A stretch of DNA of 64,000 bases. It comes from Histomonas meleagridis 2922-C6/04-290x. Lineage: Eukaryota > Protista > Parabasalia. Shown in pieces: positions 34,847 through 45,781 of the stretch. Numbering within the stretch: position 1 is the first letter of the stretch; every line of letters starts with the position of its first letter. The stretch lies in the NCBI GenBank assembly GCA_020184695.1, contig JAANOX010000231.1, forward strand, positions 186,001 through 250,000, given 5' to 3'. A model generated the notes under the pieces. The model was not told the origin of the DNA and did no database searches. It saw only the letters and a program-made list of their open reading frames with translations. The translations under genes were made by a program, and so were the position numbers.

Positions 34847-37123
34847 ATGGAAGAAATTGTTGAGCTATTCGAAAAACTCCAAGAGGAACTTCATGACAAG
34901 CTAGTTAACCTTAGCGACTTTGTGATTAAAGAAGAAATTGGAAAAGGGGCAACTGGTATTGTTTATCTTGCAACTTCAAGTAAAACAAATCAATTAGTAG
35001 CAATCAAAGAAAGCAAGTACCAAGCATTAAACGAACGACAATTAACATTATATTGCAATGAAATACAAGTTTTATCCAAATGTTATAATCATCCTTTCTT
35101 ATTAAAATTTATCGGATTTACTAATCGATTTCCATACACAATCATCACCGAACATATTCCTAATGGATCACTTTGGAATGCACTTCACTATTCCATTGAA
35201 CCATTAACAGGTGATCAAAAAAACAAAATTGCCATCGGAATTGCTGCTGGCATGGCAGCTTTACATGATCAAAACATTATTCATCGAGATCTAAAATCTC
35301 TTAATGTTCTATTAGATAATGATTATTTACCAGTAATTTGTGATTTTGGTGCATCAAAACTTTTAGACATTGATTCAGATGAGCCCACATCCCCAACCAA
35401 TCGTGTTGGTACACTTGCATGGATGGCTCCAGAGTTATTTACGAACAGCACATTTTCCAACAAAGTTGATGTTTATTCATTTGCAGTGCTTCTATGGGAG
35501 CTAGAGACCTGTCAAGTTCCTTTTAAAGGCGTCAAAAGCGAACAAATCCCAGAGATGGTCGTCAATCAAGAACGACCTCCAATCCCTACCACCGCTCCAA
35601 TTAGCCTCAAGAAGCTTATTCGCCTTTGCTGGCATCCTAATCCAGACAAGCGTCCCACATTTTCGGCCATTTTAGACAAGTTCCTTCACAAAAAGGTATA
35701 TTTCGAAGGGGCCACAGACTCATCGATACATTTCATACAAGAGAAACTTGAAAACTGGAAACGAACAATTGACATCACGTTAAAAGAAACGCGAAACAAT
35801 TCCGTTGAACATGTCAAGCAAATCTTTCTTAAGCAAGACTCGAAAGAGATCCTTCAATACATCGAAGGGTTAAACGAAAACAATTGTCGCACTTTTTATT
35901 CGGTCATTTTAGAAATGATCGAAAGCGAAGAAGCGACAACGATTTTGTTGCCTGCGTTATATGGACTTTTATATATTATTACTGAAAATGAGAAATGTCT
36001 TTTACAATACGTCGAAATCGATGACTTTATTAAGCTTCCGTTTAATCGGAATGAGCTTAAAGAGATATCGTTATCAATACTCATTCCGATATTCGAGAAA
36101 TATCCGAATTCGATATCACTTGAACTTATATACACTTTAAAGAGTTTAATACAATTTAACTCAATTAAAATTTGTCGTTTGTTTTCGATAATAATTAATA
36201 ATGATTCGAATGTTAATAACGAAATGAAAAAATTTGTAACCGAATTGTTATTGAATGAATCGGAAAAGTTCATAATGAACGGAGCCGAGAAAATTGTTTT
36301 GCAAACGATATTTAGATTAATTCTGAATAACTTCGACTTCTTCGAAGATAAAATTAATGAATGCAAACGAATATTCGAACTTTGCTTAAGCTCAGATGAT
36401 AATAATATCATTGATTATACTTATTCGATAATATTCACTCTTTATAAGAACTCAATGTCGATCGAATTATGTTCGAAATTGTTGTCGAGACATTTGAGCG
36501 ATGAAAAAAACGCAATTTTGGCGTTGAAGTACATTGCGATTACAGATGTGATAAATGATATTAATGTAGAATTAATGGAAAAAATACTTTTTAAATATGA
36601 TGATACAAAATGGTCAGAATTGGCATACTTGAAATTATGCGAAAAATGCAAATTCGATGAAAATTTCGTCGAACATTTTAACGAAGTTTTATCACACGAA
36701 TTCAACGTAAATTTTAAAATTCAAATTTTGATTTTGCTGCTCTCAAATTCCAGTTTTCGAAAGGAATTCACAAAAATTAAATGTACTTTTGCGGTTTTAC
36801 TGAATTATATAAAGGAAAACGTTACGAACGATCGGAAGCCATTGAAAATAATTAACGAAATTTTACAGAGAATTGAAATTGATGAAATTCTAATTAATGA
36901 AATTAAAGATTCCGAATTTATAAAATTTTATTTAGAAGAAGTGATTAAATTGAATAAGATGAAGTATTATAAGTTCGCTTATGAAATAATTGGAAAAATC
37001 GCAAAATTCAAATATCTGGAAGAATTTAATTGTTTGATTCCAATTGCACAAAAACATTTGGAAATCGATTCTGACATAAAAGAAGATGCAGAAATGTTTT
37101 TAAAGCTGACAGAAAAAATATAG
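34847..37123 (+). CDS. TKL-family protein kinase with helical/ARM-like C-terminus
   Basis: IGKGATG, VAIK, HRDLKSLNVLL, CDFG, GTLAWMAPE, KVDVYSF, CWHPNPDKRP. Confidence 0.92.
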   Translation: MEEIVELFEKLQEELHDKLVNLSDFVIKEEIGKGATGIVYLATSSKTNQLVAIKESKYQALNERQLTLYCNEIQVLSKCYNHPFLLKFIGFTNRFPYTIITEHIPNGSLWNALHYSIEPLTGDQKNKIAIGIAAGMAALHDQNIIHRDLKSLNVLLDNDYLPVICDFGASKLLDIDSDEPTSPTNRVGTLAWMAPELFTNSTFSNKVDVYSFAVLLWELETCQVPFKGVKSEQIPEMVVNQERPPIPTTAPISLKKLIRLCWHPNPDKRPTFSAILDKFLHKKVYFEGATDSSIHFIQEKLENWKRTIDITLKETRNNSVEHVKQIFLKQDSKEILQYIEGLNENNCRTFYSVILEMIESEEATTILLPALYGLLYIITENEKCLLQYVEIDDFIKLPFNRNELKEISLSILIPIFEKYPNSISLELIYTLKSLIQFNSIKICRLFSIIINNDSNVNNEMKKFVTELLLNESEKFIMNGAEKIVLQTIFRLILNNFDFFEDKINECKRIFELCLSSDDNNIIDYTYSIIFTLYKNSMSIELCSKLLSRHLSDEKNAILALKYIAITDVINDINVELMEKILFKYDDTKWSELAYLKLCEKCKFDENFVEHFNEVLSHEFNVNFKIQILILLLSNSSFRKEFTKIKCTFAVLLNYIKENVTNDRKPLKIINEILQRIEIDEILINEIKDSEFIKFYLEEVIKLNKMKYYKFAYEIIGKIAKFKYLEEFNCLIPIAQKHLEIDSDIKEDAEMFLKLTEKI

Positions 37124-37273
37124 AATTAGATTAAAAATAAAATTGTAATACAGAAAATATAATAGAAATAAAGTAAACTTTTTTTAATATATATTTTTAA
37201 TGTTATTAAACAAGAAAAAAACTTTTTTGATATTTAGATTAAACTCCGCTTTTATATATAATAAGAAACTTCT

Positions 37274-37700
37274 TCAAAAATCGTATAACTCATCAAGGAT
37301 TTTTCTACAATCAAATAAGGTGTAGATGGCCAATGGATCTTGAAGTTCTGTATCATTGTAAACAATTGGGCATGCGTTAATTTTCTTTTTGAAATGGTTG
37401 TTAAACCTGTTTTTTATAGAGTTATTAGTTCTTTTACATTGGAAATGTTCAGCTATGAGTGCCCAATTTGGCCCATATTTTTTATACAATGAAATAATAG
37501 ATTGATCTTCTTCTTCTGTCCAAGGTCCACGAGATAAGCCGGGAGCTAAATAATGATGATATCACTCTCTGCATTGGCGGTTACTTTTACCAGGCATTAA
37601 TTTTGAAATTTCATGCCAATTTGGGTATTTCTCATTCCAACCTATTCAAGTAATTTCTTGTATTCATCTGGCGTGAATTTATGTGACGATTTTTTATTAC
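37274..37700 (-). pseudogene. R2R3 Myb-like transcription factor pseudogene
   Basis: HKFTPDEYKKL...RQCRE*YHHYLAPGLSRGPWTEEEDQ...YGPNWALIA...RTNNSIKNRF; internal TAG/TGA and a frameshift. Confidence 0.8.
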
Positions 37701-39068
37701 AAATTTATTTGTATTCAATTAATTGAAATTGGATAAAATCATTATACATCATTTATGTAAAGTGATACGTATAAACACATAAATTCAATTCTTACATAGT
37801 CGAACATGTCACTGTGAAATAATTGTGAGAAATTGCTGGCTGTTGAACCCAAACAATATCAAATCCAAAAAATAACCTATTGACCCTTTCGATTTTCTGT
37901 TCGTTGAAATTATCATTCTCAAATTCGAGGTTAACAATGTCACATTGAAGACAAGTTTTTAACGTTGTAATTTCTGGGGTTTTTGAGTTCCTTAAAAGAT
38001 TCAACAATTTCACGCAATAATAAAAATATTTCACAAATTAAAAGTTATGTTGTGATTGATTAATTTCATGTCCGGGAATCAATTCTTTGATATAGTGTAT
38101 TTTAATCAACAAAGGCACTGTGATTGAGAACAAAACCCAACAACAACTGTCATAATTTTCTGTCTATTGAAATTACCAACCGTTTGAGTCACTTAAAATG
38201 TAAACAACACAAAATGATATCTGGTTGTGTGTTCAGACGGTTATTTAAGAACAAAGTTGTTGCTTTTTTCCCTCAGAAAAAATTTTTGCAAAAACAACTG
38301 AATCATTTTTACTCATCCTTATTTTTTAATAAAAGAGGCCCGAGCAATATTCTTGTTGTGGTTTCTATTTGTTCTTGGTATCATTACTCATCAATTTATT
38401 GAAATTGCATTTAATCTTTTCAAGCTACAGCAGCTTTAACTTTTCTTCTGTTTTTATGAATATTTTTATGTCTAATGTTTTCCATTATAAAATGATTTGA
38501 TTTTCGATCTCTCTATATTTTTAAAACTGCAAAATGCTAAATTGTCGGCAAACAAATCGTTCTAGAAATTTATTTGCAAGTTAGAGAAACATACAATACG
38601 AAATTTTTTACTTAAGTAATTCAAGAAAATTGGCGAACATTTTCTAGGTTTCACACCTTCTTCCACAGAGTAAATATTGTTGAGAATTTTTTTAATAAGG
38701 TGCTTTCATCATTTATAATATTTGGAAATTTTCGTAGATTTAATTGATTATTTTTGGTTGTAAAATCTATAAATATTATATGGCAAATTCCTTTTGATTT
38801 TTAACATAATTTTTTCATTTGCATGCTATTATATTTAAACATTTAAAAGTTAGTATCTCCTAAATTGTGGATAAATGTTTTCACAAAAACTGCTTACTAT
38901 TTTTTTATTGGTTTTTTTGATAAAAATTGGAAAGAATTTTTTGCAAAAAAAAACTTTATAATAAAAAACATAGGATTAATTATATTAATACAATAAATAA
39001 TGATTATTTAAAAAATCTTTTACTATTTTTGGGGTGCCTTAATTGGCGGTTTTATTCGTTGGAACTAG

Positions 39069-39974
39069 ATGGAGTTTTCTTGGATTAATGATTTATCAAA
39101 GGAATTCTTCGGAATTGGGAGAGCTCCTTTACCACAAGAAATTATCGCAATGAAATCTTCTGTTCCTATTTTAGCAGAAAAACAAAATCATGATTTGTAT
39201 CATTTTTGGGGAAAAATCACAGGTACATCTCGAAGTTATTTAATTATTGTTTGTTACACAGGAGGTCTTCTAGGTGAAAAAACATATTATGCATCGCTCG
39301 ATGCTGTTTCCTGGTTTGGTCTTCCATTAGTCACAAAAGAATTATTATTTCACACATCACACATAAGAAAGCCAATTACAGGAAACCCACTAAGCAAAGA
39401 ACTTGTTTATCATCCAAGACGTCCTATTCCATTCAAGGATATAACTCCATTAATTCCGCCCAAACCTCGAAATGAAGAAGAAGAGGAAGAAGAACAAGTT
39501 GAAGAGAAAGCCACAGAAGAAGAGGAGGATCAAGAAGAAGAAGATCTTCTTGAATTCGAGGAAATACAAATAAGTGAAGATCAAAGAATTGCTTGTCTTG
39601 TTCACCTCATTGACAAAAATGGTCTCATTTTCCCACAAGACTCTTTGATATGGAAATCTGCAAATTCTGTCGCTTTTAATCCTCTTTTCAAAGGTGTTTC
39701 ATCAGATGCAACGCTTGATGATTTTTGCAGACTACAAAAATCGGCCTCAAGAGAAGGCATTCGACCAAATGCTATAGTGGAATCGATGCCTTTGCTCTCA
39801 GATGACCTTCCTTCACGCGGATGGTCAATTTCATCAGAGAAATACAGCAATGTGACAAAAATCACATCAAAGTTATGGCCAGGATTGTGCTTCATTTCGA
39901 AGGGCCCTCATTGGGGAACAGTTTATCTTGGTAATGGAAAGCGAAATACAGACTTCCTTTTTGCATCTGAATAA
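39069..39974 (+). CDS. RSPH9: Radial spoke head protein 9-like
   Basis: FWGKITG...YLII, SEDQRIACLVHLID, SKLWPG...VYLGNGKRNTDFLF. Confidence 0.8.
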   Translation: MEFSWINDLSKEFFGIGRAPLPQEIIAMKSSVPILAEKQNHDLYHFWGKITGTSRSYLIIVCYTGGLLGEKTYYASLDAVSWFGLPLVTKELLFHTSHIRKPITGNPLSKELVYHPRRPIPFKDITPLIPPKPRNEEEEEEEQVEEKATEEEEDQEEEDLLEFEEIQISEDQRIACLVHLIDKNGLIFPQDSLIWKSANSVAFNPLFKGVSSDATLDDFCRLQKSASREGIRPNAIVESMPLLSDDLPSRGWSISSEKYSNVTKITSKLWPGLCFISKGPHWGTVYLGNGKRNTDFLFASE

Positions 39975-40209
39975 ATTTGATTAAATTCCAAACATGAAAT
40001 AATTTATTTTTTTTTATCTTTTCATGAAGTATGAATGCCACTCTTAAAGGCATAAAAAATAAGATGATATTCCCAAATAAAAAGCATTAAATTTCCCAAT
40101 ATTTTCTATATAGAGAAATTTACAAAATTTTAGGACGATTAAAATGAGTTCAATATTCACTTTGTTTGTCATTTTTAGCCGTAATAAGGCTTGAAAAACA
40201 GGAAACCAA

Positions 40210-40914
40210 ATGAACACAATGATGTCTGGCGAGGAAGCACAGGGGGAATTTTCGAGCCAAGACCTCCAAATGCTTCCAGCTGAGCTTCTTGAGGATATTG
40301 GTTTTCAAGCAAAAAGACCTGCTCAGGCCCAAAAAGATCTTCAACCTATAAATAATAATTATTATAGTGAGAAAGTTCGTACCAGATCCACGCTTACTCC
40401 GCCCATTTCAATTGAATTTCCGAAATCAAGACAAAAAAGTTCCTCTTTAATCAGATTTAATTTTTTAGTTTCGAGTCCCCATGGACTAACACCAGTTCAT
40501 ACTGGTGTCCACAGACAACTAGTGCCAAAGGATTGCATAATATATAGTGACGGACCTATTCTTCGTTATGGTGTTGCAGTTCATTCAGATGTTAATAAAA
40601 ACGAAAAAGACGAAAAGCGTCTTCCATACATGTCATCAGATCGATCTATTGTTCGGTTCATTGATGAAGATCGAATCCTTGTACCTAATTTGATTGATCG
40701 AGATAAGAAAGCGTTAATTTTGCTGAATTTAATCATCGAACGGATGAACATTGAGCGTCGGGTAGTGTTTCTCGAGACAGTATCTTTTAACCACAGAGCC
40801 GCATTTCATTTTGGTCACAAATATACAAATCAAAAGATTGTCAAAGAAATCTGCAAACAGTTACAGTTTTTGTTTGGCTGTCCCGTCTATCCGTTTTACA
40901 TCGATGACGAGTGA
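40210..40914 (+). CDS. Hypothetical protein
   Basis: 234-aa ORF with coding-like composition; no family recognised. Confidence 0.55.
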   Translation: MNTMMSGEEAQGEFSSQDLQMLPAELLEDIGFQAKRPAQAQKDLQPINNNYYSEKVRTRSTLTPPISIEFPKSRQKSSSLIRFNFLVSSPHGLTPVHTGVHRQLVPKDCIIYSDGPILRYGVAVHSDVNKNEKDEKRLPYMSSDRSIVRFIDEDRILVPNLIDRDKKALILLNLIIERMNIERRVVFLETVSFNHRAAFHFGHKYTNQKIVKEICKQLQFLFGCPVYPFYIDDE

Positions 40915-40963
40915 GAGTTTAGAGTGTCGGAATAAAAAGAGATTTATGTTAATGTTAAATATT

Positions 40964-41467
40964 TTATGATGTTTGGAATCTGGCACGCATTGACGTCAAG
41001 AGACAAACTAAAAGACCCATGATACCAATAAGTTCTGAGAAAATTTGGACAATAAGTAATTTGAAGAACATTTCTGCATCTCGATGACAAACAAGTGATA
41101 TTGAGGAACCAACAAGACCAATGGCTAAACCTGCAGATAAGCTACAAGCTCCTTGTACAATACCACTAAAGAAAATGGCATAACCGGCATGATAATGTTG
41201 TCTATCAAATGGTAACCCATGGTATTCAATTCTGCCATTTAAAACAAGTGCCATAATTAACCCGTAAATGGCGATAACTTCGCAAAGAATTAAGTTCATA
41301 ATATCTCTCATTGAAATTGTTCCTGATACAACTGCTGTTCCAGACATTGCTGTGCCACATGTCCAAATACCCCATGCTGCCCCGATGGCTGCTAGGCCAA
41401 CGCATAGGCCAATGCCTTCTCCGGCAAAATTGTAAGGAGAGATGTCAAATAAAAACCCGGACGACAT
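40964..41467 (-). CDS. ATP6V0B: V-type ATPase proteolipid subunit c'' (Vma16/ATP6V0B-like)
   Basis: GLAAIGAAWGIW, LILCEVIAIYGLI, YHAGYAIFFSG, FFKLLIVQIFSELIGIMGL. Confidence 0.85.
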   Translation of the reverse strand: MSSGFLFDISPYNFAGEGIGLCVGLAAIGAAWGIWTCGTAMSGTAVVSGTISMRDIMNLILCEVIAIYGLIMALVLNGRIEYHGLPFDRQHYHAGYAIFFSGIVQGACSLSAGLAIGLVGSSISLVCHRDAEMFFKLLIVQIFSELIGIMGLLVCLLTSMRARFQTS

Positions 41468-41953
41468 ATGTTTATAGGTTAACCAAACCGTTTTTATCAA
41501 CAAAAGTGTCTTTGGGGTGCTCCGATAAATTTTCTTAAAAATGTGAATAGTTTTTTTTAATCCTTTGCCTCAATAAATCTTTAAAGTTCAAAAATGTTAT
41601 AAAGTGAAGTCATCCATTATGCATAATATTTTTAATGAATTAAAAAGAATTAGATTTAAATACATGGCTTTCTGTAACATGCTAATCATTTAAACAGTAC
41701 TTTGATCTCAATGGTATCAATTAAATAATTTTATTTTGTATCAGTAATGTAAAAAGTATGCTTTCTTTAGAAGATGATACTAAGAAATCTGTACTCGTGT
41801 AGAATTCTAGAGTTGGAAACCAAAAAAACTTTTCGATTATCCGTGTAAACTACGATAGGAATCTAATTCAGTTAAAAGTGGCAATATCAAGTGTTCAAAA
41901 TTTACAGTCACTTCAAAAAGTGAAATTGCACTAAAAAACGATTTTTTTGGCTC

Positions 41954-44900
41954 ATGAGCAATTCAAGCGATAATTCAAATAATGATTCCAAAAGTAAAAA
42001 TTTTATTAAAAAGCACATGAAGTTAATCATTATTGGAAGTGTCGTAATTGTTTTAATATTGATCATTATTATTGTTATTGCTGTTGTTGTTAAAAAGCAA
42101 TCAGATATTGGTGATGTTGATGATACTGAAGATACCTCTTTTAAGCCATCTACATTTGAGCAGTTACCAGCTTCAAAGATTAATACAAATCTTCAAAAAT
42201 GGACAAAGATGCGTCTAGTCAACCAGGAACAATATGAAAATGGTAATGCTGGTGGAGAGGGATGTCAGTGGCCAACAAGTCTTGCCTGTGATTCTGATGA
42301 CGGAAATTTTATTCTATATGGAACCGATGTTTCAGGGTTTTGGAAATCTCTTGATGGGGGAATTACCTGGTTTCAATCCAACAATGGGCACAAAAGTTGC
42401 GGAGTAGGTAGTATAGCCATTGATCCCAAGAATAAGAATCATGTAGTTACAGTTGGCAATGGGGGTAAGTTTGAATCTGGAATTGAGTACTCGTATGACC
42501 AAGGACAAACATGGAATCGTAAGCAAAAATTTTCAGGAATTTATGGATCACGTTATCTTCGTGACAGCTTAGCATTTGATCCATCATCATATGATTCTGA
42601 AAAAGGCATTTGCATGCGTGTTTATTTTTCTACGCCATATCAATTAGATTGTGACATTCGCAATGGCGAAAACTTAAATCCTGTAAAAAGTGCCAATAAT
42701 TTGTTCAATGAAACAACTTCAGGCTTTTATATCAGCACTGATGGTGGTGAAACATTTGTTCAACAGACTACTTTAGCCCCTGATGGTATTATCCGGGTTA
42801 GCAAAGATGGTAATTATTTATTTATCGGAACTCAAAAAGGTGTATATTATTCAAATGACCATGGCAAAAGCCTTCAAAAATTATCGCATTTCCAAGATGA
42901 TGAGATTTCAGGAATTGACTTAGTTGATAACAACTTATATGTCCAAACCTTTAATGGAATATGGCTTTCCACAGATTATGGCAGCACATTTACTGAAATC
43001 ACATTAGGTAGTAACTACCCAACATCCAAAATGGCGCAAGCACTAAAAGTTTGTCCTATCAACATATCGCGCATGGCCATCACAGCACGAAATGTTGAAA
43101 CTGTTTACTATCAAACCTTTTTATATTACTCACATGATTCCGGCAAAACATGGAACAAATGGACTTATGACCGAACATCATTTTTTCATTTTGGTGATTC
43201 CAATTGCGATGCTCGCGAGAAAGTTATCATATGGAATCCGATTAACCAAGACAAGCTCCTCACGTTTGGCGTTGACAATTTGTTGATGTCAACTGACGGA
43301 GGAATTCGATGGCATTCGCCCGGACAAATCTCAAACATAATGTTAGGTGCGAAATTAACGTTTAATTACTATGACACGACGCTGTTATCGTTTGGCGCGC
43401 AAGATTATCACGGCGCTTATACATTGAACGGAGGATTATATTGGATTCCATTCTTTAACATGCCGGGTAACCAGTACGGGCTATTCATGCCCGATGAGAA
43501 GACAGTCATCGGCACATCTCTAAAGTCGTGGAGTGATGGGTCTATACCAGAATTAACATTATCATTTGATGCTGGAAAAACTTCAAATTTAACAGGAAAA
43601 TATGTGAAAAGCGCACAAGAAAGAAGAAGCATACAAACGATTCAATCATTTAAAAACCCTGAGACAATTTTCGTGGGACAATATAAATCTATTGATAATG
43701 GAAAAACGTTCGAAATAATGAATGAATGTGATCAAGTGTTTTGTATGAACTTAATAGAGCCTCATGAAATTTATGGACAGAAAATTGGTGATCCTTATGT
43801 TATTGTATCTTATGACGAAGGAATTACTTGGAAAAAAGTTAACGAAAACAATCCTTTCCCTGATAAATGGGGGTCTGAGTGTACTTTTAAAGTATTTGAT
43901 ATGAGTTTTGATCAAGTTAATAGATTACTTTATGTCATATATTATACAAAGGGTAAATATGATTCAAAAGATATGGTTTGTATCGACGTTGATAGTGGCA
44001 ATGTTACATTTTTGACCGATAATATCCCAACTGATTATAGAGGATCAAGAAGAATTGATACATGTGTAGTAGATCCACATTATACTGATCTAATTTATAT
44101 CGGTGGCTCAGGAGATTACTTCCTAAATGATAAAAGCGTTTTAAGAAGCTTAGATAGAGGCAAAACATGGGAAGTTATAAATACCAATTCTGAAAACGAT
44201 CAAAATTTATTAGGTTCCTATGGACATCAAGTATACACCATTAGAATTAATTACACCAACGGTGAAGTATTGTTAGGGAGTTCTTGTTATGGTTTTTACA
44301 AACTTTCGCCCCCATATGACCCAAACGGTCTGAATGAAAAAGTGACATACCATAAAATTGTATACGTTACAAATGGCGGTGAGGAAATTCAATCGGATTT
44401 CATCGCAAACCGAAGATTTCTGAGGCCGATAACGCCGACCAAAAACGGTTTCGTATTTTTGGGGTGGTACAAAGATGAAGAACTAAGTGAACCTTTTGAT
44501 TTCGAAAATACTCATATAACAAACAGTATTAAGCTTTATGCAAAGTGGAGACAATCATTTTCTGTCACATTTATTGATATTGATGGAAAATTAATCGGGA
44601 AAGTTACACAAGATAACGAAGAACCAATTCAACAAATCGATCCACCATCGCATAGAGGCTATGTTTTTGCCAACTATTTTTATGACAAAGATATTACAAA
44701 AGAATTTGATCATATGATCGTCTTAGATGAAGACATTACACTATACGCTGGGTACTATAAGACACAGAACGAAACAATTTATCCAAATTCTGATGACTAC
44801 AATGGATATTTAGAATTTCGAAGTGATAATGTTTGCGTTCCTGTCTTTTTATACGACAATGAGACCAAGTACAAGTGTGACATTGATGAGGAAGTCAAAA

Positions 44901-45229
44901 ACAGAATAGTTCCCTTCATAGATATGGAATATCCAAAAAATTATTTAATCACAATGAAAATGGATACGCGGTTTAGAGGCGGCGTAACTGCCACAAATAG
45001 GCTACGCAAGTGGTGGCAGTTCAGTGGCACTGTTTTTGTGAACAAATATGATGTAAATGGTAACGTATCTGTGGGAAGGACACAGACGCAAGTAGTTAAT
45101 ACAACCAAAGATTGTCGGTCGATTTTGGTGTTTTATTATAGCGAAGAAGGAAATAGTAATTGGAAAGAAATCAGAAATACAATTCAATTGAATGAAATTG
45201 TCGACAGAAATATTTTGTTTGAATTGTAG
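41954..45229 (+). CDS. Type II membrane protein with BNR/Asp-box beta-propellers (GH74/sortilin-like) and Listeria-Bacteroides repeats
   Basis: N-terminal TM; repeated SxDGGxTW/F Asp-boxes (KSLDGGITW, ISTDGGETF, RSLDRGKTW); C-terminal YVTNGG...PTKNGFVFLGWYKD...KLYAKW repeat. Confidence 0.85.
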   Translation: MSNSSDNSNNDSKSKNFIKKHMKLIIIGSVVIVLILIIIIVIAVVVKKQSDIGDVDDTEDTSFKPSTFEQLPASKINTNLQKWTKMRLVNQEQYENGNAGGEGCQWPTSLACDSDDGNFILYGTDVSGFWKSLDGGITWFQSNNGHKSCGVGSIAIDPKNKNHVVTVGNGGKFESGIEYSYDQGQTWNRKQKFSGIYGSRYLRDSLAFDPSSYDSEKGICMRVYFSTPYQLDCDIRNGENLNPVKSANNLFNETTSGFYISTDGGETFVQQTTLAPDGIIRVSKDGNYLFIGTQKGVYYSNDHGKSLQKLSHFQDDEISGIDLVDNNLYVQTFNGIWLSTDYGSTFTEITLGSNYPTSKMAQALKVCPINISRMAITARNVETVYYQTFLYYSHDSGKTWNKWTYDRTSFFHFGDSNCDAREKVIIWNPINQDKLLTFGVDNLLMSTDGGIRWHSPGQISNIMLGAKLTFNYYDTTLLSFGAQDYHGAYTLNGGLYWIPFFNMPGNQYGLFMPDEKTVIGTSLKSWSDGSIPELTLSFDAGKTSNLTGKYVKSAQERRSIQTIQSFKNPETIFVGQYKSIDNGKTFEIMNECDQVFCMNLIEPHEIYGQKIGDPYVIVSYDEGITWKKVNENNPFPDKWGSECTFKVFDMSFDQVNRLLYVIYYTKGKYDSKDMVCIDVDSGNVTFLTDNIPTDYRGSRRIDTCVVDPHYTDLIYIGGSGDYFLNDKSVLRSLDRGKTWEVINTNSENDQNLLGSYGHQVYTIRINYTNGEVLLGSSCYGFYKLSPPYDPNGLNEKVTYHKIVYVTNGGEEIQSDFIANRRFLRPITPTKNGFVFLGWYKDEELSEPFDFENTHITNSIKLYAKWRQSFSVTFIDIDGKLIGKVTQDNEEPIQQIDPPSHRGYVFANYFYDKDITKEFDHMIVLDEDITLYAGYYKTQNETIYPNSDDYNGYLEFRSDNVCVPVFLYDNETKYKCDIDEEVKNRIVPFIDMEYPKNYLITMKMDTRFRGGVTATNRLRKWWQFSGTVFVNKYDVNGNVSVGRTQTQVVNTTKDCRSILVFYYSEEGNSNWKEIRNTIQLNEIVDRNILFEL

Positions 45230-45781
45230 CAATAATAAAATTTTTTGGCGTTGTTTTATTTTTGGAATAATTTTCTTCAATGATAAATCATAATTTACCA
45301 AAATTGTAATGAAAACTTCACTAAAGTTGCCAAAGATATGAAAAGCGTAGCTGATCAGACATGGGCAATGTTGCTGATATGTGATCATAGCATTTATTTA
45401 ACATGTTTTATTTTTTCATATTTTGTTTGATTTTTTAAGAGTTGTTATGATTAAAAATTGTTTTGAAATTCTTATTGTTTAATAAATTTTACTGTTTCTG
45501 TTTTCCTTCAGATACTAACATAAGCGTTGTTTTAAATATTTGCAATAATTTCCAAATATTATTTTGAAGTTTGAAATATATATAAAATAAATATGCAAAA
45601 TATTTTATCATCTTCTTAGGAGATGCTAACACTAATGTTGTTTTAGATATTCGAAATAATTTCAAATATTAATTTAAAGTTCGGAATTAATAATATATTT
45701 AAATATTTAAATGGCCGCAGTCCTATCGAAAAGTCACTTTTTGACCTCAAAAATCATACAAAAGTTCCTCTTCTTCATCTA

